DNA of 63,666 nt from Octopus bimaculoides (taxonomy: Eukaryota). Of this stretch, positions 24,584-38,319 are shown in pieces; the stretch's first letter is position 1; every line of letters starts with the position of its first letter. Where the stretch lies: assembly GCF_001194135.2 (NCBI RefSeq), contig NC_068981.1:152772627-152836292 (forward strand), given 5' to 3'. A model generated the notes under the pieces. The model searched no databases, was not told the DNA's origin, and saw only the letters and a list, made by a program, of their open reading frames with translations. Position numbers and translations under genes: made by a program.

Positions 24584-25549
24584 CATACATATTCATGTAT
24601 ACTCACACAAACACACACACATATATATACATTATATATATACACACATATATGTATGCATATATATATATATAGATANNNNNNNNNNNNNNNNNNNNNN
24701 NNNNNNNNNNNNNNNNNNNNNNNNNNNNNNNNNNNNNNNNNNNNNNNNNNNNNNNNNNNNNNNNNNNNNNNNNNNNNNNNNNNNNNNNNNNNNNNNNNNN
24801 NNNNNNNNNNNNNNNNNNNNNNNNNNNNNNNNNNNNNNNNNNNNNNNNNNNNNNNNNNNNNNNNNNNNNNNNNNNNNNNNNNNNNNNNNNNNNNNNNNNN
24901 NNNNNNNNNNNNNNNNNNNNNNNNNNNNNNNNNNNNNNNNNNNNNNNNNNNNNNNNNNNNNNNNNNNNNNNNNNNNNNNNNNNNNNNNNNNNNNNNNNNN
25001 NNNNNNNNNNNNNNNNNNNNNNNNNNNNNNNNNNNNNNNNNNNNNNNNNNNNNNNNNNNNNNNNNNNNNNNNNNNNNNNNNNNNNNNNNNNNNNNNNNNN
25101 NNNNNNNNNNNNNNNNNNNNNNNNNNNNNNNNNNNNNNNNNNNNNNNNNNNNNNNNNNNNNNNNNNNNNNNNNNNNNNNNNNNNNNNNNNNNNNNNNNNN
25201 NNNNNNNNNNNNNNNNNNNNNNNNNNNNNNNNNNNNNNNNNNNNNNNNNNNNNNNNNNNNNNNNNNNNNNNNNNNNNNNNNNNNNNNNNNNNNNNNNNNN
25301 NNNNNNNNNNNNNNNNNNNNNNNNNNNNNNNNNNNNNNNNNNNNNNNNNNNNNNNNNNNNNNNNNNNNNNNNNNNNNNNNNNNNNNNNNNNNNNNNNNNN
25401 NNNNNNNNNNNNNNNNNNNNNNNNNNNNNNNNNNNNNNNNNNNNNNNNNNNNNNNNNNNNNNNNNNNNNNNNNNNNNNNNNNNATATATATATATATATA
25501 TATTATTTGCTTCAGCTATTAGCTTATGGTCACGCCTTGAAGAATGAAT

Positions 25550-25822
25550 CGACGCCAATAGTTTCTTTTAAAGTCTGGTATTTATTCTCTCTTTTCTTTT
25601 GCCGAACCGCTAAGTTACGGGAACGTAAACATGCCAACACCGGTTGCCAAGTGGTGGTGGGGAACGAGCACAGATTTAAAGATACCAGATCTACTCACAA
25701 AGTTTTGGTCGGCCGGAAGCTATAGAAGAAGACACTTGCTCAAGGTGCCATGCAGTATGACTGAATCCGGAACCATGTGGTTGAAAAGCAAGCTTCTTAC
25801 CACACAGCTACGCCTGCGCCAT
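25550..25822 (-). mobile_element. SINE family B, internally deleted
   Basis: ttttgccgaaccgctaagttacgg and gacacttgctcaaggtgcca..gcaagcttcttaccacacagc. Confidence 0.85.
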
Positions 25823-26267
25823 GTGTGTGTGTATGAGTTTGTTCTATACAAACAATATGCAGCTGGCGGGAAAACTGGTACGTGTACACTAATACCTTGT
25901 GTTCGGTATTTATTGCATGCAAGTTACACAAGACACCGTCATGTCGCTCTCTTTGTCATACTGGCTATGAGCAGGAGATTAGTCTTTTGGAAAACTGTTA
26001 CGAAAGATACTATCATTCACATAATGTATAGTATAGAAAAGAAAAGCGTACCATATTTAAACTATAATAAACCCCAAGAGCACCGTAATGATGCCCTGCA
26101 GCACCTTCCTTGCTTGCAAATTTGGCAGCAGAACTTGCTCATCAAGCATTGGAAGTATCTGGCATAAGAGAAGCTGCAGGAAGAAAACTATGAATACCTA
26201 ATGAAGTCATTCTATTCTCCGCTGCTAAGTCGTAAAGAACCTTATATATATATAATCTACCTCTAAC

Positions 26268-26302
<35 letters not shown>

Positions 26303-26919
26303 CTACCTCTAACATAAAAATCCTTTCACATACCACATGCACCATATTTAAACATTATTTTTGAAAACATAGATAGATAAATAAATAAACACATTTTGAA
26401 TAAGCGCTAAAAATGCGAAATAAATGCAATAGCCTTCCGTTTCGATCTCTTTTTAAGTTAAAAGCTTAATCATCGTTGTTTTGCTACATTAATACGAGCT
26501 CAATGTAATCTGAAATAACAGAAAAACGAAACATGAAAACATGTTTAAGGCATCGTTTCAAACTTCAGTGATATCAGCATCGCTGAAAGAGAAATTATAC
26601 AAGTTATATATAAAAAAGTTTCACCTTTCGCCGAAACTGTGGTCAGATGAGAGATCAGCTACTATAGCAGGTTGCTGGCTCAATAATCACACTGAGGTAA
26701 ATTCAGAACCACTTATATATACCTTCCAGAGACAATATTTTTTTTGCACTTTACCAATTCAACGGAAATAAATTAAATTTCTTGATTAAACGACTCTAAA
26801 GACTAATTTAGGAACACCTTTTTTTTAAATTAACTTAGATCGTCCAATTGGAATGTTAAATTAAAATTCCAGTGATATTTCCACTGCTCATTCAAATTAT
26901 GTGTAGCGTTTGTTTTTTG

Positions 26920-27025
26920 TATGTATGTATGTATGTATGTATGTATGTATGTATGTATGTATGTATGTGTGTGTGTATGTATGTATGTATGTATGTATGT
27001 ATGTTTGTATGTATGTATGTATGCA
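26920..27025. repeat. (TATG)n tetranucleotide microsatellite
   Basis: Direct reading. Confidence 0.95.
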
Positions 27026-27689
27026 TGCTGTCGTGATTGATTTCTTGTAGGTTAGTGTATACGGAGATTGGAGATAGTGTTATTGGTTATCCCAGGTCTA
27101 ACTTGATCGAGTAGACCTGTATTAAATGGGGTTTCATATATAATCATCCCATCTTCTAAGGGATGTATATGACTTACACTACCTGTCTTCTGTCCATCAT
27201 ATAAGACGATAGGTTGTCATTTGAGGGAGATTTTACTACTATTTCCCACAGTCCAACGACCACATACAGGGTCCCTCATTGGCGCCTAATGACTATATTT
27301 GTATGAGGATAATATAGGTAATTGGTGCTTTTTTGGCCTGACCGAATAAATCTAAGATCAAAGATATTCCACACTTCTATTTTTTTTCTTTCTCTTTTTA
27401 AAGTTGGGAGGGCATGAGTTGAAGCTGCTATCTCTAGCACGTCGAATGACCACGTTCCTATACTGGCCTTATATTATTGTTGTTTAGTTCTAGTCAAGCC
27501 TGCTCTAGCAAACCTCTTTTCAAAGGCAATCCAAGCGTGATCATCCGCTCCTTCAAAGATATTAAGTCTACATTATCTAATGTGTCTTTTTTTTTAAAAG
27601 AGAAAGAACACAATCGCGATGCAGTAGGATTAAACTATTGTGTAAATGTCTCTCCCAAAATATATAATGTCACCAGTGAAACATTCCTA

Positions 27690-28075
27690 GTGGTTTATTA
27701 TGAAACTGTCGAAAGGAAAAATCACCTAAGAGGGACCTGATTGTAGGCTTCTGGCACAAAATGCTCACGTTCTACAGGGAAAATCTTATGAACCTATTAA
27801 AAAAAAAAAAATGAACGCTGAGCTAGAAATACCAAGACTCCAGGAAAAAGAGAACATTTATGTTGAATTAATGCGGAATTTACTGCTCTCGTACCCTGAC
27901 TGTAATTTATCATTTGTACCTATCATCATATGTACATTAGGTTATGTACCAACACATTTACGCAAAAAAACCCCTAGAAATACTAATTTTATCGAAGAAA
28001 GAGCAAAAGTAACTGACACGGATTCTCCAAATCCAGTCTATTTGCGACAGAGTGAAGATTTGTAAAATATTCCAA
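27690..28075 (+). mobile_element. 3' relic of a non-LTR retrotransposon with a restriction-like endonuclease (R2/R4/NeSL-type)
   Basis: EKENIYVELMRNLLLSYPDCNLSFVPIIICTLGYVP resembles the RLE K..KY..L..L..LYP...F.P.+.G.LG.VP block. Confidence 0.65.
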
Positions 28076-28364
28076 GGATTCTCCACCACAGATTCTTTAA
28101 ATGAATAAGACGCACGCACTTTGGCTTGTGCATCGACAGCTCAACCTACACACCAACTCAACCACATATTTACAAACACCGGGAACTCAACTCAAGAAAT
28201 TTTGTTTATTTGCAACCGGCTTGAACTCTCTTAAAAAGAACTTAAACTAAAAGAAAAAGCATAAATGCTTACATATATACATGCATACATACATACATAC
28301 ATACAGATACATAGAAAATCTTTGATACATATACACGCATATATGTATGTATGTATGTATGTGT

Positions 28365-28404
<40 letters not shown>

Positions 28405-28559
28405 NNNNNNNNNNNNNNNNNNNNNNNNNNNNNNNNNNNNNNNNNNNNNNNNNNNNNNNNNNNNNNNNNNNNNNNNNNNNNNNNNNNNNNNNNNNNNNNN
28501 NNNNNNNNNNNNNNNNNNNTATATATAACACGGGAAGGACAAGAAACAAATGTATTAAT

Positions 28560-28655
28560 TAAACGCTTGAAAGAGTCTAGACGGACCTTTCGGACGCTAA
28601 TCTTTCATCAGAAGAAAGCTAGAGAGGCAAAGAGAGAGGGAGGGAGAGAGAGAGG

Positions 28656-28694
<39 letters not shown>

Positions 28695-28740
28695 GGAAGA
28701 GAAGGGAGAGAAGGTGGAGGGAGAAGGGGAGTAATTCGAA
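28560..28740 (-). mobile_element. Penelope-like tail remnant with a CTGATGA...GAAA core
   Basis: The minus strand has a CT-rich tract, then ttCTGATGAaagattagcgtccGAAAggtc. Confidence 0.45.
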
Positions 28741-30074
28741 CGTAAATAAGAAATATAAGATGATCAGAGAGTACCAAATAAGTAATAAATCATTAATCTT
28801 TTTTGAGAGGATTTGATCCCGGCCGTGTAAACCAGGAAGCTATTTTTTCAACTGTTTGAGGTTCCTAGTTATTCAGTCTTAATGGAGCATTACTCTGAAC
28901 CTAACCCACAATGAGTGGAAGGGGATATTCAGTACTCTCCTTGATGGGGTAAGATGTTGATACTCCTTCCTCTTTACTATTGCTACAACATGTTGAAAGA
29001 TTGGGAATTAATAGCAGTTCTATTTATTAAGTAGCCTCTGCCAGCTCTTCTTCAACTGTAAGCTATTTGTACACAGTTCTTTATTGCACAAGGAAACGAA
29101 AGGCGAAGCTGATCTCGGATAGATTTGAACTCAGAATATAAAGAGCTGTCGCAAATATTTCATAGCATTTTTTCCGACGCTGTAACGATCCTACCCATAA
29201 TACTTGCCTTAGTAATGATGAAAGAATTACTTATTAGATAAACTGTATATCAAATGGGTAGCCGTGAAAATTGTCGTACTAAAGAAACAAATCACCCTGG
29301 TTAAAGCATGCTTTAATCTTCAAGCTGTTACACTTTTATCGCTAAACCATGACACATAGGAAAAACTAATATACACTAATAAAACAAATACGGCTATATT
29401 TTCTGATGTAATATTTGGACAAAATCTTTGAACGATGGGTTCCTACGAACTTCTGTTACTTTGCTAACAACAACATTTGTAACGAACGTTTAATCTAAAT
29501 GAATCTCATCCTCGTCTGTTCTATGCATAATATCACTTTGATGGTCAATGAAATTAAATGTTACATTGAAAATTACTTCTATGTCATCATGCGAGCAGCC
29601 CTATGATTGTCGGACATGCTAAAAATAGCAGTCAAACATTTCTCAAACTTGTCCTTACCGTCTTTAATAGACGTGATGATACACCGAATAATGTAATTTT
29701 AGCTGCATTATCTCTGAAACTAGGTGGTATTGTTATAGCTGGAACACTTTTGATCATAGGTTTTCAACTCAAAGTTAATGTGGAGCTAAATAGGAACAGC
29801 ACTTTCCTAAATCTTAGACCTAAAAACATTTCTCATGCAGAGACTCTACAGATTGTCTCTTATTTCCTCGACAGGTCTGAAGAATTTACCTTAATTATTC
29901 GAACGAAAGGCATACTTGGGTTAACATGAAAGTCTACTAAAATTTGCTTATCAATGTTGTCAGCTATAATCTTTCGTTTAGGAATGTATTTTTACATAAA
30001 TATATCATACGTAAAACTGCAATATAGCAAAAATATCATTCATTAACTGAGCTTAATATTGGTTTCAAATTTTG

Positions 30075-30272
30075 GCACAAGGCCAGCAAGTTCGGAGTGG
30101 GGTAGGTCGATTACATCGGCCTCAGTTCTCAATTGGTACTTATTTTAACGACCCCGAAAGGATGAAAGGCAAAGTCGTCTACGGCAGAATTAGAAATCAG
30201 AACGTAGAAACAAACGAAATACTGCTAAGCATTTTGCCAGACGTGCTAAAGATTCTGCCAGCTCGCCGCCTA
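30075..30272 (-). mobile_element. SINE family A
   Basis: ggcacaaggccagc...cgaccccgaaaggatgaaaggcaaagtcg...gattctgccagctcgccgcct. Confidence 0.9.
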
Positions 30273-30534
30273 ACTATGTTTAATATTGACCAATATTATC
30301 CAACAAAGGTTGATTTTACTTTTCATTCCCGCCTTCACTCGGGAATGTGATAAAATAAGTTCATTTAGGTACTAGAGTAGATTTAATCGACTATGCCCGC
30401 TGCTAAAATGTGAAGAGTTGTTCCCTGATAAATAATGACTATCTTCTAAATACGTACAAAGTATCATCACTACTTGATGTTAGCAATTTTTGTTTCCGGT
30501 CCATAATCTTTTAACAATATTTATGCAATCCCTA

Positions 30535-30745
30535 AGGCAGCGATCTGGCAGAATCGTCACCGCACCAGGGAAAATGCTTAGCGGCATCTCTTCCGACTTT
30601 ACGTTATAAGTTCAAATGCTGCCGGGGTCGACTTTGTCTTTTATCTTTTCAGGATCCATAAAATAAGTACAAGTTGAACACTGGGACCGATGTAATAAAC
30701 TTACCCACCTCTCATGAGGTTGCTGGCCTTGTTCCACAATTTCAA
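30535..30745 (+). mobile_element. SINE family A, head-to-head with the previous copy
   Basis: aaggcagcgatctggcagaatcg...gttcaaatgctgccggggtcgactttg...gctggccttgttcc. Confidence 0.85.
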
Positions 30746-32674
30746 AACAGTATTTCTGCAATCATTTGTTGATAGAAATATATTTTCTGTTTCATATGTT
30801 TCGGTATTTGATTATGCTTGCATCAAGCACCAAAATATTTGGCAATCAAGTATTTCAATCTCAATAAGGCTGGTTTTCTTCAGAACATGTTTAGAGATCA
30901 TTCTTTAACGTGCGGAAATCTGCACTATGAAGAAGGAGGTTCAAGATTACTTTGATGATACACGCACCAGACTTCTCATGAGGGATCAAATCACATGGCA
31001 TGAGCACAGGATTTAAAAATAGAAAAGATTTAATGGTATCTTTTTTATAAGCTTAAAGCTCAAAACGATCACCGTGCAAATGACTAAGGAAAATAGTCTA
31101 ATAATGGGGCATATAAGCCCTCGACAGAAAAAAAAAACTATATTAATTCGTAGTAGTTTTTGTAAACAAACTTTAAATGCTTTCGGTGCGAATGGTTTTG
31201 TTAAAAGATTTATTGACTCATTCCAGCCACGTGTGCTACTGTTGCTCAATGCAGATTAGGCTTTACAGGTCACTGCTACCAAACAGAAGACTACATCATA
31301 TTAGATGATATTTTGGAGACTGCCACACTCTAAAAGAGAATGAAAATCACTCAACTATATTGATATTGACAGAGATACATAACATGAAATTGAGAACCTA
31401 CAAAAGCTAATAAGACAGAAATTCCTGGCACAGCGTGGTGAAACATATTTCAATTTCAGCATCAAGAAATTAATTTTTATTCATTTATAAAGTAGTGAGG
31501 TGGGAGAAACAGTGGAGAACTATACTAGGGAGTCTTTCAGTATTTAGTTTCTTCTCTCCGTGATCCAACTTCAATCTTGTCCAGACCGATACGAACTTTT
31601 ATCCCTGCCCAGAATCTATAAAATATATACTTGTTACATAAACGTATCATTCATCTACACTCCACCCGATTAATTAGCAGTCTTGTATTAATATAATAAC
31701 TAATTATCTATGTATTCAACTTTATAGATGTCCCTGATTAATTTAAGTTACGAGGGAAATGAAATCATTCAAGCCATCCCCGGGTGATAACGTAAACTTT
31801 CAACGAAGGAAGTGGACTTAATCTATTGCTTGGTTTAGCTTTACTCTCTAGCCCTTGGCTACCTTTTGCAGAGTCCACTTTTTTGCAAACGTTTGAGCTA
31901 TGTCTCCGGTCTGATTAAGCCATTAAAAGACAAATAAATAAATAAATAAATAACCGACATTCCTCATATAAAAAGCTACGCTAGTTTTAATCAAATAACT
32001 CATTATCTTGCTTAATGTTATGGAGGGCTGATGCATTTACTTTTGTAGTTAATAGCAGTTACTTTTATTCTCTTCATTTTCTTCTTATATATAAATAATC
32101 TTTCACACACACACATATATACATACATACATACATACATACAAACACGTTCGTACGTACGTACATGTACATGTGTACATGTATATGTGTATGTGTATAT
32201 ATACATACATACATACATACATACATGCATACATACATACATACATACATACATACACATATACGCATCTACACACACACATACACACATACGCATCTAC
32301 ATACATACACACACTCACGCACATACAGTATTTATTTATATTAATTTTTGTTATAAACTAACCTTTTCCAGAAAAAATTTCCATTACTTCTACTATGTCA
32401 CGACTTATTTATGTCAATAACAAAAGTGACAGGCGATATGTACATCTTACAAGACCACTTTCAACAATACATAATAATTCTCAAACTTAACTATTAAGCC
32501 CACCTTCCTAATAAAACATAAATTTTATTATCCCGATAACAATAAATAATATTAATTTATAGTAGCACATTAAACCTTCTTTATTAGCTATATTATGGCT
32601 TAATATAACTTACAAAAAGTTTACTAGTTTTTCAATTCTTAAAATATAAATTGTCGACAGCAATATATAAACTG

Positions 32675-32705
<31 letters not shown>

Positions 32706-32709
<4 letters not shown>

Positions 32710-32884
32710 CTTGGAAATGGATGCGTGGCGTTTGATCATATAGTAATATAAATAATATATATATATATATATATGCATATATACATGCCTACATATATAT
32801 GTATATATACATGCATATATGGGTACAGGACGTCAAAAAACGTGAACAAAATGAAAAACGAGAACATAAAAAACAACAAAAACA
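32706..32884. repeat. Left arm of an about 180-bp inverted repeat (partner at 34576-34760)
   Basis: ggaaatggatgcgtggcgtttgatcata...aaaacgagaacataaaaaacaacaaaaaca matches the reverse complement of 34576-34760. Confidence 0.85.
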
Positions 32885-33869
32885 NNNNNNNNNNNNNNNN
32901 NNNNNNNNNNNNNNNNNNNNNNNNNNNNNNNNNNNNNNNNNNNNNNNNNNNNNNNNNNNNNNNNNNNNNNNNNNNNNNNNNNNNNNNNNNNNNNNNNNNN
33001 NNNNNNNNNNNNNNNNNNNNNNNNNNNNNNNNNNNNNNNNNNNNNNNNNNNNNNNNNNNNNNNNNNNNNNNNNNNNNNNNNNNNNNNNNNNNNNNNNNNN
33101 NNNNNNNNNNNNNNNNNNNNNNNNNNNNNNNNNNNNNNNNNNNNNNNNNNNNNNNNNNNNNNNNNNNNNNNNNNNNNNNNNNNNNNNNNNNNNNNNNNNN
33201 NNNNNNNNNNNNNNNNNNNNNNNNNNNNNNNNNNNNNNNNNNNNNNNNNNNNNNNNNNNNNNNNNNNNNNNNNNNNNNNNNNNNNNNNNNNNNNNNNNNN
33301 NNNNNNNNNNNNNNNNNNNNNNNNNNNNNNNNNNNNNNNNNNNNNNNNNNNNNNNNNNNNNNNNNNNNNNNNNNNNNNNNNNNNNNNNNNNNNNNNNNNN
33401 NNNNNNNNNNNNNNNNNNNNNNNNNNNNNNNNNNNNNNNNNNNNNNNNNNNNNNNNNNNNNNNNNNNNNNNNNNNNNNNNNNNNNNNNNNNNNNNNNNNN
33501 NNNNNNNNNNNNNNNNNNNNNNNNNNNNNNNNNNNNNNNNNNNNNNNNNNNNNNNNNNNNNNNNNNNNNNNNNNNNNNNNNNNNNNNNNNNNNNNNNNNN
33601 NNNNNNNNNNNNNNNNNNNNNNNNNNNNNNNNNNNNNNNNNNNNNNNNNNNNNNNNNNNNNNNNNNNNNNNNNNNNNNNNNNNNNNNNNNNNNNNNNNNN
33701 NNNNNNNNNNNNNNNNNNNNNNNNNNNNNNNNNNNNNNNNNNNNNNNNNNNNNNNNNNNNNNNNNNNNNNNNNNNNNNNNNNNNNNNNNNNNNNNNNNNN
33801 NNNNNNNNNNNNNNNNNNNNNNNNNNNNNNNNNNNNNNNNNNNNNNNNNNNNNNNNNNNNNNNNNNNNN

Positions 33870-34320
33870 CGGCCAAGGAAGCTTTTTGATCCCATTTTCA
33901 GTCAGCCATTGTTGATTCCTTTTCGCTGTGTGGCATGAAGCCCCATCTTCTATGAATTAAAATTCACTTTTCGTAATGTTATCGTGTGAATACATTGGAA
34001 GTAGTCCTTGCTTAAGTATTTCGAAGTGTTTTTCAGAGTTTATTGTTCCAACACATTCGATCAACTCAGAATGATCGTTGCTGGTGATAGCTCCCCATAC
34101 CATTACAGAGATACTGCCAGGTTTCACAGTTGGTTGGAGTCGTCTCAAATCAAATTCTAGATTGGGAAACCTCCAGACCCAAACATGTCCACTGTCTGAA
34201 AATAATGCAAATCTGGATTNNNNNNNNNNGATTGCCCAACAATACGACCTCTTTGAAAATCTGACAGTTCTGCTGAATTATTTGTGCGTGGCACGGTTAC
34301 TCTTCGAAAATGTTTAATAT
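33870..34320 (-). mobile_element. Tc1-family transposase relic
   Basis: The minus strand reads ELSDFQRGRIVGQ (N-terminal HTH), a 10-N gap, then SRFALFSDSGHVWVWR..TVKPGSISVMVWGAI..INSEKHFEIL, and after a frameshift EDGASCHTAK..WLTENGIKKLPWP. Confidence 0.9.
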
Positions 34321-34575
34321 AATGACACCTGGAATGAAAAGGAATAATTACATTGTAAATTCTACACCGCTGAAAACATATTAAGACGCTTAGATCAGAA
34401 ATTTTGAAAATTAAAGGTGTCTATTTACTTCTTGCATGCCTGTGTATGTACATATCTACATATATATGTATATATACTTGCATATATGGGTACAGGGCGT
34501 CAAAAAACGTGAACAAAATGAAAAAGGAACATGTAGGTATGTACATATATGTATGTACATATGTTCGTTTTCCAT

Positions 34576-34760
34576 GTTTTTGTTGTTTTTTTATGTTCTC
34601 GTTTTTCATTTCTTCACGTTTTTTTAATGTTCTATACCCATATATGCATGTATATATACAAATATATGTAGGTATGTACATATATGTATGTATATATGCA
34701 TATATATATATTATTTATATTATTATATGATCGAACGCCACGCATCCATTTCCTAGTAAG
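34576..34760. repeat. Right arm of the about 180-bp inverted repeat
   Basis: Partner of 32706-32884. A partial third copy, in the same orientation as the left arm, lies at about 34440-34530. Confidence 0.85.
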
Positions 34761-36714
34761 TTTTATCTTAATAATTCAGATGCGCACTCCACACTCTCTA
34801 TTCTCCCTTCGCTTATTCTTCTTTCTTTCTGTTTTTCTTCTTCCCCCCTTTACCGTTCTCTTTCTCTCCCTCTCTCTCCCTTACTCTTCCCCCTTGACTC
34901 TGTCGTTGCTCACACGTGACCAGCGGCTATCGTTCTTTTTTCCTCTTGCTTTACAAGAAATATGACCTACTTTTGCCTGTCTCTTGTCACAGCTCCTTTC
35001 TCCAGCGTTCACCACTTCATCTCGTTATGGCTTAACAGCCCTCACCGCTTGTTTTAACTATTTTGTTCTTACTGTCCTGTTTTTGTTACCACTTTAACCC
35101 TCCGCAAAAATCCCAAATTTTATTTAATTTGCTTTGCGGGAAGGACTGTTTTAACGAAGTCACGTCTTGTCTTAACCTTCGAAATGCGGAATAGATAAAA
35201 CAGGGAACAGCTAATGAAGAGATTGTTCTTTATGTTGCCTGTCTCGTTTCTNNNNNNNNNNNNNNNNNNNNNNNNNNNNNNNNNNNNNNNNNNNNNNNNN
35301 NNNNNNNNNNNNNNNNNNNNNNNNNNNNNNNNNNNNNNNNNNNNNNNNNNNNNNNNNNNNNNNNNNNNNNNNNNNNNNNNNNNNNNNNNNNNNNNNNNNN
35401 NNNNNNNNNNNNNNNNNNNNNNNNNNNNNNNNNNNNNNNNNNNNNNNNNNNNNNNNNNNNNNNNNNNNNNNNNNNNNNNNNNNNNNNNNNNNNNNNNNNN
35501 NNNNNNNNNNNNNNNNNNNNNNNNNNNNNNNNNNNNNNNNNNNNNNNNNNNNNNNNNNNNNNNNNNNNNNNNNNNNNNNNNNNNNNNNNNNNNNNNNNNN
35601 NNNNNNNNNNNNNNNNNNNNNNNNNNNNNNNNNNNNNNNNNNNNNNNNNNNNNNNNNNNNNNNNNNNNNNNNNNNNNNNNNNNNNNNNNNNNNNNNNNNN
35701 NNNNNNNNNNNNNNNNNNNNNNNNNNNNTATATATATATATATATATATATGATCTCAAAAAACGCAGTGCAATTACGACCATTTTCAAATATCCGAAGT
35801 AGGTTGTCACTAAAAGCTCCTATTTTCTTCGCCAACAATACCCTGCATGGAGGACTAATTCTTTCTCTTATGATTCTCCAGGATGACATGAGACATGTGC
35901 AGTAGGTAATTTCCAGTATAGTTTCAAGCTTTTCGTGTTCAGATAAGAAGAACCATAAAATATTACAGATCCAACCGCTACGTAGGAAAAGTTTACATTC
36001 AGATTATCTGAGAATTTAGATTTCCATATGCTGAGACTTAAGTGCTGTTTAGCATTTGCTGATACATAGATTAACCCCCTGACTCTCTACATACTATGTT
36101 GCTCCCGAGGTTCCTAAAAATACCTACCCTTTAAAATAATAATGAAGATTACGTTGATTACTAAACCCTAATGTTAGATGCTATTTTAAAAGTTACTACA
36201 TTACTTCACTGTATGGAAGATGACGCATAGGATTAAGGCTAGACAAACGGAATTCATTGGATACAACTTAGTGTGGCTTTGATAACACTGCTCGATCGCG
36301 TTCAGTTTCTCATCGTATTATTAGCGTTCTCTCTATATTGAATAATATGTACATTCAAATAGATATAAGTCATAAAAATATCAAATAATTAGTAATGGCA
36401 GTAAAAATTTTAAAATATAACGTAATGACTGGTTTAATGTGAAGGTTTGAATAATACTTTATAAACGAGTCAAATGAGGAAAAGGAGAATGGTGAGGCGT
36501 AGCGAACATTATCATTGCCGGTTCTCCCAGACTGGTGAGATTGATGTGGTTGATATTCAGTTTGAACATATGTCCACGTCAATTTTCTGCAGGAAAGAAA
36601 CCACGAGCAAAGTGAATGGCTCAGGTGTATAGTTTGAATGCTTGCAGACAAGTTAATTAGGCTAAAGTCATCAAAGAGCCAAGTATTGATGTTAAATTGG
36701 AAGAAAAAAGTAAA

Positions 36715-36873
36715 CAGGCATGGCTGTGTGGTTGAGAATCTCGCTTTGCGACCACATAATTAAGGCTTCGATCCCATTGCGTGTCACCTTGAGCAAATAT
36801 CTTCTACTATAGCCTCGGACTAGCCAATGCCATATGAGTGGATTTGGTAGGCGGAAATTGAGAAAGCCTGTCC

Positions 36874-36909
<36 letters not shown>

Positions 36910-37160
36910 CGTGCGTACATGTGTGTACGAATGTGTGTGTGTGTATGTGTGTGTGTATGTGTGTGTGTATGTGTCATTGTTTTTGTATTTTCCCTTCCCC
37001 GCCACGTGACAACCATTGTTGGTTTGTTTAGATCTCCGTAATCTCGCAAAAGCGATCGACAGAATAAGTATCGAACTTTAAAAAGTTAAATACTGGGGTT
37101 GATTTATTAAAGAAAACCTCCATCCAAGCTGTGCACATAGCCGTCGTCCAATGACTGAAA
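36715..37160 (+). mobile_element. SINE family B, full-length degenerate, with internal (TG)n
   Basis: ggcatggctgtgtggttgagaatctcgc head; gtcaccttgagcaaatatcttctactatagcc; tail caatgactgaaac. Confidence 0.85.
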
Positions 37161-38319
37161 CACGTTACATAAGAAAGAAGAAAAAAGATAGTTTTAGAGA
37201 CATGTGTCTTTCTTTGAAGAAAGTTGTGTAGGAAAAGAGAAAAATGTAATTTTCTTGACAGCCAAAATTGATGCGCTCCGAGCAGTGTTTGGCGAATTTG
37301 GGCACACTAAGAACAATACCAGTCAATGTACACCTGACTCCAAGAAACAAAATACAGAGAGACATTCCATCTTACCGGTAAATGACACATATTGAATTAC
37401 ACAAACTTGTAGCCAATAAGAAATTAAACACTATAAATATAAATAGTTCTAAACAACTGAATTCTTAAATTAAAATATTTGCAGATTTAATTAAAGACTT
37501 GAAATATATATAAAAAAAAATAATCTATTTCTGAAAATCAATTTTTCAGATGTTGTTTCAAGATGTTAGTATTTTCTTCTAAGTTGGCTGTGATGAATAT
37601 TGCAAATGCTGGGTTCAATTATCTAGCCAATAAAAGAAGAAATGTTGATTTACATACACTAAGTGGCTATTTTTATTAATTTCTCCACCCTTTGATTAAG
37701 ACGAATAATTATAAAATGACAATTGAAGGTTAATGTTGAAACAAGCATACACACACACGCACACACATACACACACATACACACACACACATACACGCAC
37801 ACATACACACACACACGTATATATGTAAGTATGTACATGTATCCTTTTATGTATGACTGTATGCATGTATGTACACACACACACATATGTACACGCACGC
37901 GCACACATATACATATATATATATACACACACACATATATNNNNNNNNNNTACATATATATATATACACACACACATATATACATACATATATATATGTG
38001 TGTGTGTGTGTGTGTGCATTCATACACACACACACGTACACATATGCATGGAGAGAGAGAGAGAGAGTGGGAGGAAGAAAGAGAAGGAGAGAGAAATAGA
38101 GAGCGAGACCTTTTTACCTTTTTCTTGTTTGTTAATGTGACGGATGGTGTCAATCTAGCTTATACATGTATTTATTTATAATGATTAATGTATTGCTATA
38201 GTTGATCCGATAAATAATGTCAACTGCTTAATCTATAACGCTCTACACACAAACATACACAGACATACCTACACACATAATATCCGTGTGTTTGTTTGTG
38301 CGTGGACACACACGCACGA

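Noticed and set aside
24369-35889. Very long ORFs (up to 392 aa) here and at 61708-63038
   Set aside because: They consist mostly of X residues from N gaps.
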